Assembly: GCA_049903315.1 (NCBI GenBank)
Contig: JBNGBT010000003.1
Coordinates: 32,001 to 96,000 of the forward strand
Origin: Candidatus Cloacimonadota bacterium
GTDB lineage: Bacteria; Cloacimonadota; Cloacimonadia; JGIOTU-2
Direction: 5' to 3'
Length of the DNA: 64,000 nucleotides
Positions 1 to 10,581 of this stretch are shown one piece after another. Made by a program: the position numbers and the translations under genes. The notes below the pieces were generated by a model. The model had not been told where the DNA came from. It ran no database searches and saw only the letters and a list, made by a program, of their open reading frames with translations. The first letter of the stretch is position 1, and the number at the start of each line of letters is the position of its first letter.

Positions 1-2
1 AT

Positions 3-479
3 CCATATAGTTATGAATTAATGAAATATTCTCCCTGCATCGACGCAGGCACACCGGACACAACGGGATTACATCTTCCGGCAATGGACTTGGCGGGAAA
101 TCCGAGAATATTCAACGGGAGAATAGATATCGGTGCGTACGAGTGCCAGGATACTATCAGTGTGGATGAACCAGATACGACTTTTATTCACAATCTGTAT
201 CTTTTCCAGAATACGCCAAATCCTTTCAAGGATGAGACGGAAATATTATTCATTACCGCGGATTATGCAAGAGTTGAAGATTACTCACTTTCCATATACA
301 ACACCAAAGGACAGCTTTTGAGAAGGTTCGACGGAACAACCAATAATTTCTGGATTAAAACAAAAATCATCTGGGACGGTACGGATGAACAAGGTAAACA
401 TGTTGCTCCAGGAACATATTTATACAAATTGGAGTACAACGGGCATGCGGTTGTGAGGAAGATGGTTCTACTCCGCTAA
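3..479 (+). CDS. C-terminal part of a secreted protein with FlgD-Ig/T9SS type A-like sorting domain (5' end outside window)
   Basis: Frame is open back to the window edge; SPCIDAG...DLAGNPR...IDIGAYE motif followed by QNTPNPF...IYNTKGQL...WDGTD..G..VAPGTYLYKL...KMVLLR. Confidence 0.85.
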   Translation, partial: PYSYELMKYSPCIDAGTPDTTGLHLPAMDLAGNPRIFNGRIDIGAYECQDTISVDEPDTTFIHNLYLFQNTPNPFKDETEILFITADYARVEDYSLSIYNTKGQLLRRFDGTTNNFWIKTKIIWDGTDEQGKHVAPGTYLYKLEYNGHAVVRKMVLLR

Positions 480-491
480 CGCTTCGCAATG

Positions 492-900
492 AAAAATGTA
501 AAATAGAAAGTTTAAAATGGAAAATATAGAGTCGACGACTCCGTCGTCGTATAATCGTAGAGAATGGCGAGTTGAGCATTGTGTATTCACTTCTCGGCGT
601 TCTTTGCGTTATTTATTTCCTTTGCGCACTTTGCGTGGAATTATTTTTGGAAGTAACACACCCCCCGATTCCTTTGGAATCACCCCTCTCGAGAGGGGAA
701 TTATTCTTTGTTTTTATAAATCGTTAGAATAAAAACCAGCGCAATTGCCAGCTGGCGGAGGGAGATGTGTAAAAATCTTCCGAACGGTTTCTTTTCGCAG
801 TGGACGGATAAGTTTAACTTTCGCAATGGTTGTATTTCAAATCTTAAATCGGTGTTTTTCAATCATCATTCAAACTCCGTCATGGAATGGTCCATGACGA
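492..900. repeat. Mosaic of short hairpins and 7-/9-mer periodic repeats between convergent genes (REP-like)
   Basis: cgacgac-tcc-gtcgtcg (533-549), gattcc-ttt-ggaatc (667-681), palindrome cccctctcgagagggg (683-698), gtcatgga-atgg-tccatgac (879-898), repeated ctttgcg units. Confidence 0.6.
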
Positions 901-922
901 CACAGGAAATTATAAAAGAGTT

Positions 923-2263
923 CTATTTTTTAGGATTTTTGTCCTCATCCTTTAGTTTCTTCCACCAATCCAGCCGTTTCTTTATTTCCTTTTCAAAGCC
1001 AAATAGTGAAGGAAGATAATACGTTTTTTCATTCATCTTATCCGGGAAATATTTTTGATACGAATACCCATCCTCGAATTCAGGAGAATATTTATAATCT
1101 TTTCCGTAACCGAGTTCTTTCATCAAACCGGTCGGCACATTGCGGATATGATAGGGTACCCCAAGATGGCTTGTTTTTGTGGCATCATCGGCAGCCGATT
1201 TATAGGCAATATAGATTTTATTACTTTTCGGTGCTGTTGCTAGATATATAACAAGTTGAGCGAGTGCAGTATTACATTCCGGCATTCCCAGAAAATGAAC
1301 TGCATCCTTTACAGCAACTGCCTGTACCAGTGCTTGTGGATCGGCAAGTCCCACATCTTCTGAAGCGAAGCGAACTAATCTCCTGACAATGTAAAGCGGA
1401 TTTTCTCCAGCTTCCAGCATGCGAGCCAGCCAGTAAAGCCCTGCCTGCGGATCGCTTCCTCTCAAAGATTTATGCAAAGCCGAAATAATATTATAGTGCT
1501 CTTCTCGATCCTTATCATAAAAGAGGTTATTCCTCTCCAACAGCTTTTTTATTGATTCGACAGAAAGTTTCTCTTTCTGTTTGCCGTATGCCTTGATGAT
1601 GAGTTCAATTGAGTTCAACGCAACACGTGCATCTCCGCAAGAATAATCCGCAAGAAAGTGAAGTATCTTGTCGTCGAACATTTTTTCATATTGTTGGATT
1701 TCGCTATGAGGGTGTATAAAACACCTTTTTATGATCGTATAAACGTCCTCTTCATCGAGCATCTGGAGCACAATGACTTTGCATCGTGAGAGTAGTGGAG
1801 CAATTACTTCAAAAGATGGATTTTCGGTCGTTGCGCCGATAAGGACAATTACTCCCTTTTCGACGAATGGCAGAAATGCATCCTGCTGCGCTTTATTGAA
1901 ACGATGTATCTCATCAATAAAAAGGATGGTCTTTTTATGAAAATTTCGCAGATTGAACTCCGCTTCTTTCATGGCATTGCGCACTTCGAGTATTTTTGAA
2001 AGCACTGCGCTGAAGAAAATAAAGTTGGCTTGTGTCTTGTTTGCAATGATCCTTGCAAGGGTTGTTTTGCCTGTTCCGGGTGGACCCCAGAATATGAGTG
2101 AAGTCAGCTCATTATTCTCAATAATATTTCTGAGGATTGTGTCCTTTTCCAGAATTTTATGCTGACCAACAAATTCATCAAGGGTCTGCGGACGGACGCG
2201 CTCAGCCAGGGGCATGTCTTTATAATCGATCAATTTATCAGAATTGAAAAGCTCTTTATTCAT
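923..2263 (-). CDS. rarA: Replication-associated recombination protein A (AAA+ ATPase, MgsA)
   Basis: PLAERVRP, Walker [54 protein letters not shown]. Confidence 0.97.
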   Translation of the reverse strand: MNKELFNSDKLIDYKDMPLAERVRPQTLDEFVGQHKILEKDTILRNIIENNELTSLIFWGPPGTGKTTLARIIANKTQANFIFFSAVLSKILEVRNAMKEAEFNLRNFHKKTILFIDEIHRFNKAQQDAFLPFVEKGVIVLIGATTENPSFEVIAPLLSRCKVIVLQMLDEEDVYTIIKRCFIHPHSEIQQYEKMFDDKILHFLADYSCGDARVALNSIELIIKAYGKQKEKLSVESIKKLLERNNLFYDKDREEHYNIISALHKSLRGSDPQAGLYWLARMLEAGENPLYIVRRLVRFASEDVGLADPQALVQAVAVKDAVHFLGMPECNTALAQLVIYLATAPKSNKIYIAYKSAADDATKTSHLGVPYHIRNVPTGLMKELGYGKDYKYSPEFEDGYSYQKYFPDKMNEKTYYLPSLFGFEKEIKKRLDWWKKLKDEDKNPKK

Positions 2264-3033
2264 TTTTTTACAAACTCTCTTTGATAGAGATAGTAATTGC
2301 CTTGAGCAAAACTTGTAAGTTTTTCATTATTCAAAAAGGCATCAAGCTCATTTTTGGGGACGACCGCCACTTCTTCATGTTCATATCCATCATGAGCAGT
2401 TTTGATCTTCTCGACAACTTCTTTCGCTGATAAAAATGTTTTCGTATAAAATACCAGCTCCGGTTTGAAGTGAGTGGTATCACGTATCAAACCAAGACAC
2501 ACACAAATTTCGATATACCCATTTGTGAGAGCCCCTTCTTCAAATAATTCTTTATTTAAGACTTCGAAGGCAGAAAGAGTTCGGGTTTCGTTCTTTTCAA
2601 TCGAGAACTGCCCTGCAATCAGATGCCATAATCTTTCTCCAAAATATACATTCGAACTCCGTTTTACAAAGACAAAATTACCATCGATTGTTTCCAATAA
2701 TGTGCACAGTGCGAGGGCATTTGATAGAGAAGATATTCCGTATTTGGCGGCAAGTTCAGGATGATAAAAGTTAGTCCCCATCAGCTGTTTGAAGTTGGTT
2801 TCGGACACATATACCATGAGATGATCTTCCAAAATTTCGTAATTTTCAAGACGGTAAATGGGTCCGTTGAAAAGGAGTTTGTTTTTCTCTTTGGCAACCT
2901 TCAATTCTTGTTTCCAATGCCTTTCTATGAGCGCAGAAGTCTTTTCGTCATAGGAAAGAGTACAATTAGTGTGTACGATCTTTAGCTTGTTTTCCGGGAA
3001 TAATCCCGAAGCTAAGATTTCAAAAGGTTTCAT
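2260..3033 (-). CDS. Hypothetical protein, Nudix-like fold
   Basis: 257 aa ORF overlapping the rarA start; LFNGP..RL, KRS..V and degenerate Nudix-like KELFEEG. Confidence 0.6.
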   Translation of the reverse strand: MKPFEILASGLFPENKLKIVHTNCTLSYDEKTSALIERHWKQELKVAKEKNKLLFNGPIYRLENYEILEDHLMVYVSETNFKQLMGTNFYHPELAAKYGISSLSNALALCTLLETIDGNFVFVKRSSNVYFGERLWHLIAGQFSIEKNETRTLSAFEVLNKELFEEGALTNGYIEICVCLGLIRDTTHFKPELVFYTKTFLSAKEVVEKIKTAHDGYEHEEVAVVPKNELDAFLNNEKLTSFAQGNYYLYQREFVKK

Positions 3034-3072
3034 GTGCCGGTTTAGAAATATTGGAGAGCACAGCGCGTCGAT

Positions 3073-4506
3073 TTATAGATGTTCTTTCCGCAGTCTGCTG
3101 GCAGGAATGCCGATTTGATTTCTGTATTTTGTGATTGCACGAAGTGATACTTCGATTCCCTGCTCGTTTAAAATATTTACAATTTTCTGATCGCTGAGCG
3201 GTTTTTTCTTGTTCTCGGCATCGACGATTTTCTGAATTTCTTTTTTGATGAGCTGTGATGAGAGATCGCCGACCTTGCTCGTGAAAAACCATTTCATAAG
3301 ATATACGCCGAGAGGGGTTTCAATATAATAATTATTCACAACCCTGCAGATGGTAGAAACATCGCGTTTGATCTTTTTTGCGACATCCTCATAGGTCATT
3401 GGCTGGAGCTCTTTTTTCCCTTCCCGGAAGAAAGAAGATTGTTGGTGAATAAGCTCATCAGTTATCTTAAGAAGCGTCTCCCGTCTCATCCACAATGCCT
3501 TCACAAAATTCTCCGCAGCAAGGAGCTTTGATCGCACATATTTCACTGCGCCTTTCTTATCCACACTCTGCGCAAGTATCCGCTGTGCATACTCTTTATT
3601 GACCGTTATCTCCGGGATATATGTGTCATTCACAATGATCTCGAGATCGCCGTCGATCTCTTTTACGATGATATCCGGTTTAATGTATGATAAAGTCCCA
3701 TTCGTTATCCGGCTGCCGGGTTTGGGGTCAAGGTGGCGGATAATATTTTTGATGGCAACCAGCTCTTCGAGAGCAATATTGTATTTCTTTGTCAGCATAT
3801 CCAGACGGTGATTCTGTAAGATATCAAGATCCTTTTCAATAATAGAAGTAATGACCGGATGGTTTGCAGTTTCCTCGTCGAGCTGTGCAAGCAGGCACTC
3901 CGAAAGATTTCGTGCTCCCATTCCTCGCGGATAGATACCCATTATCATGCGATGTATCTGTTCCGCTCGTACTTCAGTAAGTTCGTGGGATGTATATAAT
4001 TCTTCAAAGGGTGCGTCGAGGTAGCCGTTTGTATCAAGGTTATTGAGAATGGAATCTGCAAATTCATGTTCGGTCGAGTTAAGCGGTAACTCTCTCACCT
4101 GCTGGAGAAAGTGGTCCCAGATATTTTCTTTTGAAGTTTCATACTCCTCATTTTCTGGAGAAGGTCTGGATCTATCTTGTCGTTCATACCCGAACTGGTC
4201 ATTGGTCACTTCACCTATATCATTGATGATCTTGTTTAGTTGCAGTATCTGGTCTGCAAGGTCTCCCTCATCATCATTATATTGATATTCCTCCATCTCA
4301 TCCGCGACTTCAGGAGTATCATATTGCCCTTCATCTGAACTGAGATCCTGCAGGAAAGGATTAATGCGGAGTTCCTTTTTAAGCACCATTTCCAGTTCCT
4401 GGATGGGCTTCTGGATCAACTCAGCAGTGATAAGCATCTGCGGTGAGAGCTTAAGCTTCTGCTGCATCAGTTGCGAGGTTCTTACTCCGACTTTCATCCT
4501 GTTCAT
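3073..4506 (-). CDS. rpoN: RNA polymerase sigma-54 factor
   Basis: Gln/Leu-rich region I, ELRINPFL, LDTNGYL, PRGMGARNLSECLLAQL, YIKPD, E..KKPLSDQKI, variant RpoN box SLRAITKYR. Confidence 0.93.
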   Translation of the reverse strand: MNRMKVGVRTSQLMQQKLKLSPQMLITAELIQKPIQELEMVLKKELRINPFLQDLSSDEGQYDTPEVADEMEEYQYNDDEGDLADQILQLNKIINDIGEVTNDQFGYERQDRSRPSPENEEYETSKENIWDHFLQQVRELPLNSTEHEFADSILNNLDTNGYLDAPFEELYTSHELTEVRAEQIHRMIMGIYPRGMGARNLSECLLAQLDEETANHPVITSIIEKDLDILQNHRLDMLTKKYNIALEELVAIKNIIRHLDPKPGSRITNGTLSYIKPDIIVKEIDGDLEIIVNDTYIPEITVNKEYAQRILAQSVDKKGAVKYVRSKLLAAENFVKALWMRRETLLKITDELIHQQSSFFREGKKELQPMTYEDVAKKIKRDVSTICRVVNNYYIETPLGVYLMKWFFTSKVGDLSSQLIKKEIQKIVDAENKKKPLSDQKIVNILNEQGIEVSLRAITKYRNQIGIPASRLRKEHL

Positions 4507-4662
4507 AACTCTTATTTGAGAATTAAATATGTGGTTGTCAATAATTATTTTTGGGAAGATTTTTTAGCAGTCAGTGAGAATAGAAAAAAGGATTATTCAA
4601 CTCAAGTCCTTTACTCTAACTTGATTTTTGTTCTATTGTAAAACGATCATTTTCGTGTATGA

Positions 4663-5007
4663 TTAGCATGTCAAATGAAATGCCGCAATGACTTGTTTTT
4701 CCGAATTCTGAAAATCGTTAAAGACATCTATTGCGCTGGATGTATCCTTGCAAACAAGCTTGATGCCTTGTTGATCACAATACTCAATTACTCCTTTATC
4801 AATTTTCATCAAGCCAAACTTCCCTGATCCAATAATAAGTATATCCGGCTTTTCCTTCTGAAGGCAGGGAATGTCTGCAAGAATCAAATGGTGAGAACGC
4901 TTTCTCCACCAATCTGCCAGCACTTCATTTTTATGAATTATCAGGTCATTTGTGTACGGAATTCCGTCTATGACCATCTTTCCAAACTGGTAACTCTCGA
5001 TTCTCAT
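4663..5007 (-). CDS. Mth938-like domain protein
   Basis: IESYQFGKMVIDG, WWRK..H, IIGSG..G, AAFHLTC C-terminus. Confidence 0.88.
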   Translation of the reverse strand: MRIESYQFGKMVIDGIPYTNDLIIHKNEVLADWWRKRSHHLILADIPCLQKEKPDILIIGSGKFGLMKIDKGVIEYCDQQGIKLVCKDTSSAIDVFNDFQNSEKQVIAAFHLTC

Positions 5008-5128
5008 AATTTTTTTCTGATAGAATGAACATGAATGTCAAGAAAATGCATACAAAATTTGACAAATATATGGGGATAAAAATCTTTATTCTAACCATGC
5101 CAATACAAGGAATAAACAGGGAGCCATA

Positions 5129-5611
5129 ATGGAATTAAAAACGGTGAAATTGACGTTTCCAGAGGAGTGCAATATTATTCTGGGACAGGCCCATTTTATT
5201 AAGACCGTTGAGGACATTTATGAGATCATGGTGAATTCCGTACCGGGCATCAAGTTCGGACTGGCATTCTCAGAAGCATCAGGTCCGTGCCTTATTAGAA
5301 AGGACGGCACTGATAAAGACCTTATTGATATTGCTGTTGAAAACCTGGAGAATATTGCTTCAGGGCACAGCTTCTTCATCGTGATGCAGGATTCATTTCC
5401 TATAAATGTGCTGAACAACCTGAAGCAATGCTTTGAGGTGGTAAATATTTTCTGTGCATCTGCCAATCCTGTAGAGGTTATTGTTGCAGAATCCGAGCAG
5501 GGCAGAGGTATTCTCGGCGTGATTGACGGCTTCTCCCCGAAGGGAGTTGAATCTGATGAGGATATTAAAAAACGAAAAGAATTTCTTAGAATGATAGGAT
5601 ATAAACGCTGA
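5129..5611 (+). CDS. Adenosine-specific kinase family protein (DUF355)
   Basis: NIILGQAHFIKTVED, FGLAFSEASG, CASANP, GRGILGVIDG, LRMIGYKR. Confidence 0.92.
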   Translation: MELKTVKLTFPEECNIILGQAHFIKTVEDIYEIMVNSVPGIKFGLAFSEASGPCLIRKDGTDKDLIDIAVENLENIASGHSFFIVMQDSFPINVLNNLKQCFEVVNIFCASANPVEVIVAESEQGRGILGVIDGFSPKGVESDEDIKKRKEFLRMIGYKR

Positions 5612-6192
5612 TGAGACTCTTTCTGGCAATAGATTTTCCCGACGAACTTAAAGAACGGCTTGCGCGAAATATCGAGATTTTGAAGGGCTACATACCAAAA
5701 GGAGTCAAATGGGTTGATAAGAAAAATCTGCACGTGACTTTCAAGTTTTTGGGCGACGTGAACGAGCGCATTCTGGAGGACATCTACACATCAGTAGAAG
5801 GCGTTGCAGGTACTCATGCATCCTTTATAATTTCTTTTAAAAATGTCGAAATGATTCCCAATCCGGAGCGTCCGCGCCTTATCTGGTATGATATGAAAGA
5901 CGAGACAGAATCTGCAGCAAAGCTTTTCCAGGATGTTGACATGGCATTGTACGATCTCGGTTTCAGTAAGGAAAAACGCCCCCTGGCTCTGCATACAACA
6001 ATTGGCAGAATTAAATTTGCCCGAAATATCGGATGGGCGAAAATTTCTTCCAACTTGATACCTGTCGATGACATTGTCCAATGTAATGAACTCACATTAT
6101 TCAAAAGTCAGCTCACATCCTCAGGTCCAATATATTCAATTTTAAAAACATTTAAATTAGAGAAAGAAATAAATTACGGAGGTAATATATAA
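5611..6192 (+). CDS. thpR: RNA 2',3'-cyclic phosphodiesterase (2H family)
   Basis: MRLFLAID, two HxT motifs ([16 protein letters not shown]), typical position upstream of recA. Confidence 0.92.
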   Translation: MRLFLAIDFPDELKERLARNIEILKGYIPKGVKWVDKKNLHVTFKFLGDVNERILEDIYTSVEGVAGTHASFIISFKNVEMIPNPERPRLIWYDMKDETESAAKLFQDVDMALYDLGFSKEKRPLALHTTIGRIKFARNIGWAKISSNLIPVDDIVQCNELTLFKSQLTSSGPIYSILKTFKLEKEINYGGNI

Positions 6193-7235
6193 TGAAAAAG
6201 GAAGACTACAAAGAATCCTTAGATACTGCAATGGGTCAGATCCGCAAGAAGTACGGAGAGGGCTCGATCATGCGGCTTGGTGAAGGCACTTTGGTCGATA
6301 TCGAGACCATACCGACAGGAGCCATCAATCTTGATGCTGCTCTTGGCGTGGGTGGAATTCCACGCGGAAGGATCTCAGAAATTTACGGCGAAGAAGCGTC
6401 AGGGAAAACAACACTCGCTTTACATATTGCCGCTGAAGCACAGAAACTTGGCGGCGTGATCGCTTTTATCGATGCAGAACACGCACTTGATCCTTTATAT
6501 GCTCGAAGACTTGGCATCAATACTGATGAAATGCTCATTTCACAACCGGACAATGGAGAACAAGCACTTGAGATCGCAGAAACGCTTGTAAGAAGCAATG
6601 CTGTTGATCTTATCGTCGTGGACTCGGTCGCAGCTCTCGTTCCTCAAACGGAAATTGAAGGAGATATGGGAGATTCCCATGTCGGACTGCAGGCACGTCT
6701 CATGTCGCAGGCGCTGCGCAAACTCACCGGCGTGATCAGCAAATCAAACTGTGCACTTATCTTCATCAACCAAACACGCATGAAGATCGGTGTCACCCCT
6801 TATATGAATCCAAGGACGACCACCGGTGGTGTGGCGCTGAAATTCTATTCCTCAGTACGTATTGAAGTCAAGGCTGGACCCAAGATAAAAAGTGCATCGA
6901 ACGAAATCCTGGGTAATGTGATCTGGGTAAAGATCGTGAAGAATAAGCTTGCTCCTCCTTTCCGTACAGTGCAATTTGATATTATTTATGGCAAAGGCAT
7001 CTCATCACTCGGCATTCTCGTGGACGAGGCAGTGAACGCAAAGATCATCCAGAAGAAGGGCTCGTGGTATTCTTACGAGAACACTCAACTTGGTCAGGGA
7101 AAAGATCAGGCGCAGGACTATCTACGTGAGAATCCAAAGGTAAAGGACCAGATAGAGAAAAAAGTGAAAAAAGCACTCGGTATAGAAACACCTGCCAAAG
7201 ATGAAGTTAACAAGGATAAGCAAGAGAAAAAATAA
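6192..7235 (+). CDS. recA: Recombinase RecA
   Basis: [66 protein letters not shown]. Confidence 0.99.
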   Translation: MKKEDYKESLDTAMGQIRKKYGEGSIMRLGEGTLVDIETIPTGAINLDAALGVGGIPRGRISEIYGEEASGKTTLALHIAAEAQKLGGVIAFIDAEHALDPLYARRLGINTDEMLISQPDNGEQALEIAETLVRSNAVDLIVVDSVAALVPQTEIEGDMGDSHVGLQARLMSQALRKLTGVISKSNCALIFINQTRMKIGVTPYMNPRTTTGGVALKFYSSVRIEVKAGPKIKSASNEILGNVIWVKIVKNKLAPPFRTVQFDIIYGKGISSLGILVDEAVNAKIIQKKGSWYSYENTQLGQGKDQAQDYLRENPKVKDQIEKKVKKALGIETPAKDEVNKDKQEKK

Positions 7236-7839
7236 ACGCTTATACGATATTTTCATCGATGATGAGTTCGGTTTTTCGGTCTCATCAAAGAACGTATTAC
7301 AAATATTCGGGCTGGAGCAAGGGCGAATCTTCCAGCCCGATGAATTTTATGAACTGCGCAGGAAGATTGAATTCTTTGAAGCAGAATATATTCTGCTGGA
7401 ATTTCTCAAATATCGGTTCCGCTCAAAAAAGGAAATTGTAAGAAAGCTCACAAGTAAGAAAATTTCTCAGCCAACAATTGATTCGCTTATTACTAAATAT
7501 CAGGAAAAGGGTTTTATCAACGATGAAAATTTTGCCGAATCCTATATGCTGGATCTGATTTCACACCATCCGCAAGGGAACTATGCTATTAAACAGAAGT
7601 TAAAGCAAAAGGGGATTTCTAACGAAATCATTCAAAGATTGAGTGAAAAGTATCTTTCTGGCGAAACAGAACATGATATGGCAGAAAGAGAACTCTCAAA
7701 AAGAAAAACAAAATATATGAAATTGGAACCACGCGAGCGAAGAAATAAAGCGCTTGCGTTTTTGCAGAGAAAAGGATTTTCTTATACCTGTGCAAGGGAA
7801 TGTGTCGAGGAAATATTATTTGGTGCTGAGGAAAGTTAG
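7201..7839 (+). CDS. recX: Regulatory protein RecX
   Basis: Overlaps recA 3' end; [29 protein letters not shown]. Confidence 0.92.
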   Translation: MKLTRISKRKNKRLYDIFIDDEFGFSVSSKNVLQIFGLEQGRIFQPDEFYELRRKIEFFEAEYILLEFLKYRFRSKKEIVRKLTSKKISQPTIDSLITKYQEKGFINDENFAESYMLDLISHHPQGNYAIKQKLKQKGISNEIIQRLSEKYLSGETEHDMAERELSKRKTKYMKLEPRERRNKALAFLQRKGFSYTCARECVEEILFGAEES

Positions 7840-7880
7840 AAGCTCATTTGCTGAGATTTTGTTGGAGTGGAAACCTAAAT

Positions 7881-8117
7881 AATTTCTAAATCCTAATTTC
7901 TAATTTCAAATACAATGTCAAAAACCTAAGAATCAAATTAATTCTTACTTCCTTGGTTTAATAGCAATTCTGGGATTCCCTTTTCCGGAGAATTTCATGC
8001 TCTTTTTTATGGCATTGCCCTTCTCACAAATGGAATTCCTATGCTCCCTGAAGAGCATAATTTACCATTTGTCATTTGAAATTTCATTAGATATTAGATA
8101 ATTTGTTATTAGGAATT
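7881..8117. repeat. Inversely oriented 7-mer periodic repeat tracts flanking a ~130 bp spacer
   Basis: Left aatttct-aaatcct-aatttct-aatttca...; right tttgtcatttgaaatttcattagatattag...ttattaggaatt has the complementary periodic pattern. Confidence 0.55.
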
Positions 8118-8202
8118 CTTATATTACAGGATGAAACTTGTTTAGAATATTTATATTGAATCCTTAAAATGTCTACTTATCTACTTCGAATCTTACGTTA
8201 AT

Positions 8203-9426
8203 TTATTCTTCCGCTTCCTGAATGACCTTTATCGCATCAATATTCATAGTGCGCCGAGCTGGAATGAGTGTGGTCAGCAGGGTGATAATAAGTGATGCGA
8301 GTGCAACCAGGATCAGATCAAAGAGCTCGATTTTCACAGGCAGAGATTGGAAAGGCATTCCTGATATAGGAATGTGTATGAACTGCCATTTTATTTGAGC
8401 ACCGAGGAGTCCAAGAGATACAATAAAACCCGCAACGGTTCCTATCAGATAGATGAAGATCCCATTGAATAAAAATATTTTCATGACATCTTTTTTCTTT
8501 GCGCCAAAAGATTTGAGTATGCCGATATCCTGCCGTTTTTGAGCAACGAGTTTGAGGTAATTTCCAATCATATTGAAGGCAGCTATAAGAAAAATAAGTA
8601 CAAGTACCAGAAACATGATCTTTTTCTCGAACCGGATGGCAGTGAAAAGATGCTTTTCAAACTCTCTCCAATCGAGCACATCATATGCATCTCCGAGTTT
8701 AATCCTGATATTTTTTGCCACACTGAGAGACTTTTGGGGAGAAACTGTCTTAATCCCAAGATACGAAATAGCATCACCTATATTCTGAAATTTTTGAAGC
8801 GTATGAAGGTCTGTGTACGAATATTTCATGTCGTATTCGGGAATGCCGGTATAGAATAATCCCACAACTTTCAGGGTTATGCTTTTTGGCATCATGCCAA
8901 ATGGTGTTGGCTGGTCGGCAATCGGGGACGTGAGTGTCAGTTCATCTCCCCAGTTCACCCCGAGAATAAGTGCGAGGTCGGAACCGACGATTATACCATC
9001 AATTAATTCCTCTTGTGTTGGTGCGCCGATGTATATTCGTTTCATTAAAAATGTGATATCGTCATGCTTTGAGAGGTCAATGCCCTGGCAGATGGTACCA
9101 CTCACTTTTTTCTCGTGAAGAAGCATAAGCTCTGCTTGCACAATAGGACTGATTCCGGTTATTGCTTTATTTTGGATCTCTTTTTCAATGTGTTGCCAGT
9201 TCGTAAGCGGGGCAAAATCCTTTGCAAATATTTTAATTTCAGAGTGCAGCCCTATGATCCGCTCTGTAATATCCTCTTCAAGTCCGTTCATCACGGACAT
9301 AACAATAATAAGAGCAAATACTCCAAGAAAAATTCCAACAACCGAAATAACATTGCCAAAGGAAAGGAATTTGTGTTTTCCAGAGGTCAGATAAGTTCGT
9401 GCAAGCCGGATGTAGTACTTACTCAC
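8203..9426 (-). CDS. lolE: Lipoprotein-releasing ABC transporter permease LolC/E family
   Basis: ISVVGIFLGVFALIIVMSVMNG, EKKIMFLVL, IAAFN, DIGILKSFGA, PARR. Confidence 0.88.
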   Translation of the reverse strand: MSKYYIRLARTYLTSGKHKFLSFGNVISVVGIFLGVFALIIVMSVMNGLEEDITERIIGLHSEIKIFAKDFAPLTNWQHIEKEIQNKAITGISPIVQAELMLLHEKKVSGTICQGIDLSKHDDITFLMKRIYIGAPTQEELIDGIIVGSDLALILGVNWGDELTLTSPIADQPTPFGMMPKSITLKVVGLFYTGIPEYDMKYSYTDLHTLQKFQNIGDAISYLGIKTVSPQKSLSVAKNIRIKLGDAYDVLDWREFEKHLFTAIRFEKKIMFLVLVLIFLIAAFNMIGNYLKLVAQKRQDIGILKSFGAKKKDVMKIFLFNGIFIYLIGTVAGFIVSLGLLGAQIKWQFIHIPISGMPFQSLPVKIELFDLILVALASLIITLLTTLIPARRTMNIDAIKVIQEAEE

Positions 9427-10580
9427 TGAGGTTTTTCCCAGGTAACTTTCTGTGTATGAGAAATGTATTTGAATAGCCCGATGAAAGCTGCGTAATTGAT
9501 TATAACAAGGTAGAAAGGAACTGTGATTATAACAGGCATCTTTTTATTTTTAAAGAATATCACACCTGCTAATCCGAGCAAATAGAAGAGGATTTGGAAA
9601 AGAAAAAATATACGAAATCCTGTAATTGGGATAAAGATATTTGAAAAGAAAAGTATGATCATAAAGAGGAATGAGAAGCTTCTGAGAAATTTATGAGAGA
9701 GAAATTCGAAAGCTATTCTACCGCGGAAGGGATTAAGCAGTTTTCTTAAAATAACGAGTTGCTGAAAATTGCCGACGGAAATGCGTATGCGGCGCTTCAT
9801 CTCTCCTAAAACCGAAGTTGTGCCTTCTTCCACCGCAATTGCCCCGGGCTCATATACTGCACGTTTCTTTTGCTGAACTCCATACATAGGAAGAATATAA
9901 TCATCATTGATGGCGTTGGGTGGCAGGATTCGGAAAAGGGATTTTCTTAGGGCATACAGAGCGCCATGAGCTCCTAATATTGAATAGAAAATACTTTCAT
10001 TGGTTTTAAGAAAGGTCTCATAATGCCAGTAAAAGCCCTCACCTTCTGCTCGGGAAGTCGATGTGGCATCTCGAAGAATATAGAGCCCGGATACACTGCC
10101 GACCTCTGGATCTTTAAAAGGGGCAATAAGTTCTTTCAGCGCATTTGCCATAAGCATTGCTGAAGCATCGGAAAAGATTATAATCTCACCCTTGAGTTTA
10201 GGAATTGTTTTGTTGATCAAACCCGTTTTCCCCTCACGTACAGTGTAAGCCATAATCTGGATTTTATCAGAATAGAGCTGTGCGATCTCGACGGTTCTGT
10301 CCGATGAACCATCTGAAGCCACAACAATCTCGATCTTGTCTTTCGGATAATCAAGTTCCAGTGTATTGCGTATCTTTTTCTCTATAACAGGTTCTTCGTT
10401 GTAAGCAGGTATAAAAATGCTGATCGAGGGAAGCGGCGAGGTATTTTGCAGCTCTTCAACAGAAAATTTCACGTATGGTTTTGGAAGTAATTTTGATAGA
10501 AATAGTATCAGTATAGGATAGCCTAAATTGACATAGATGAGCACAATGCCAGAGATCCAGAATGCAATTATCCAGCCCAT
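9423..10580 (-). CDS. Membrane glycosyltransferase family 2 (SypQ/IcaA-like)
   Basis: IPAYNEE, SDGSSDRT, FSDA, GAHGALYALR, INDD, RRIRI, C-terminal TM helices. Confidence 0.9.
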   Translation of the reverse strand: MGWIIAFWISGIVLIYVNLGYPILILFLSKLLPKPYVKFSVEELQNTSPLPSISIFIPAYNEEPVIEKKIRNTLELDYPKDKIEIVVASDGSSDRTVEIAQLYSDKIQIMAYTVREGKTGLINKTIPKLKGEIIIFSDASAMLMANALKELIAPFKDPEVGSVSGLYILRDATSTSRAEGEGFYWHYETFLKTNESIFYSILGAHGALYALRKSLFRILPPNAINDDYILPMYGVQQKKRAVYEPGAIAVEEGTTSVLGEMKRRIRISVGNFQQLVILRKLLNPFRGRIAFEFLSHKFLRSFSFLFMIILFFSNIFIPITGFRIFFLFQILFYLLGLAGVIFFKNKKMPVIITVPFYLVIINYAAFIGLFKYISHTQKVTWEKPQ

Positions 10581-10581
10581 A

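Noticed and set aside
517..1019. ORFs 517..732 and 765..1019
   Set aside because: They translate repeat/hairpin DNA, and the second runs antisense into rarA; no protein motif.
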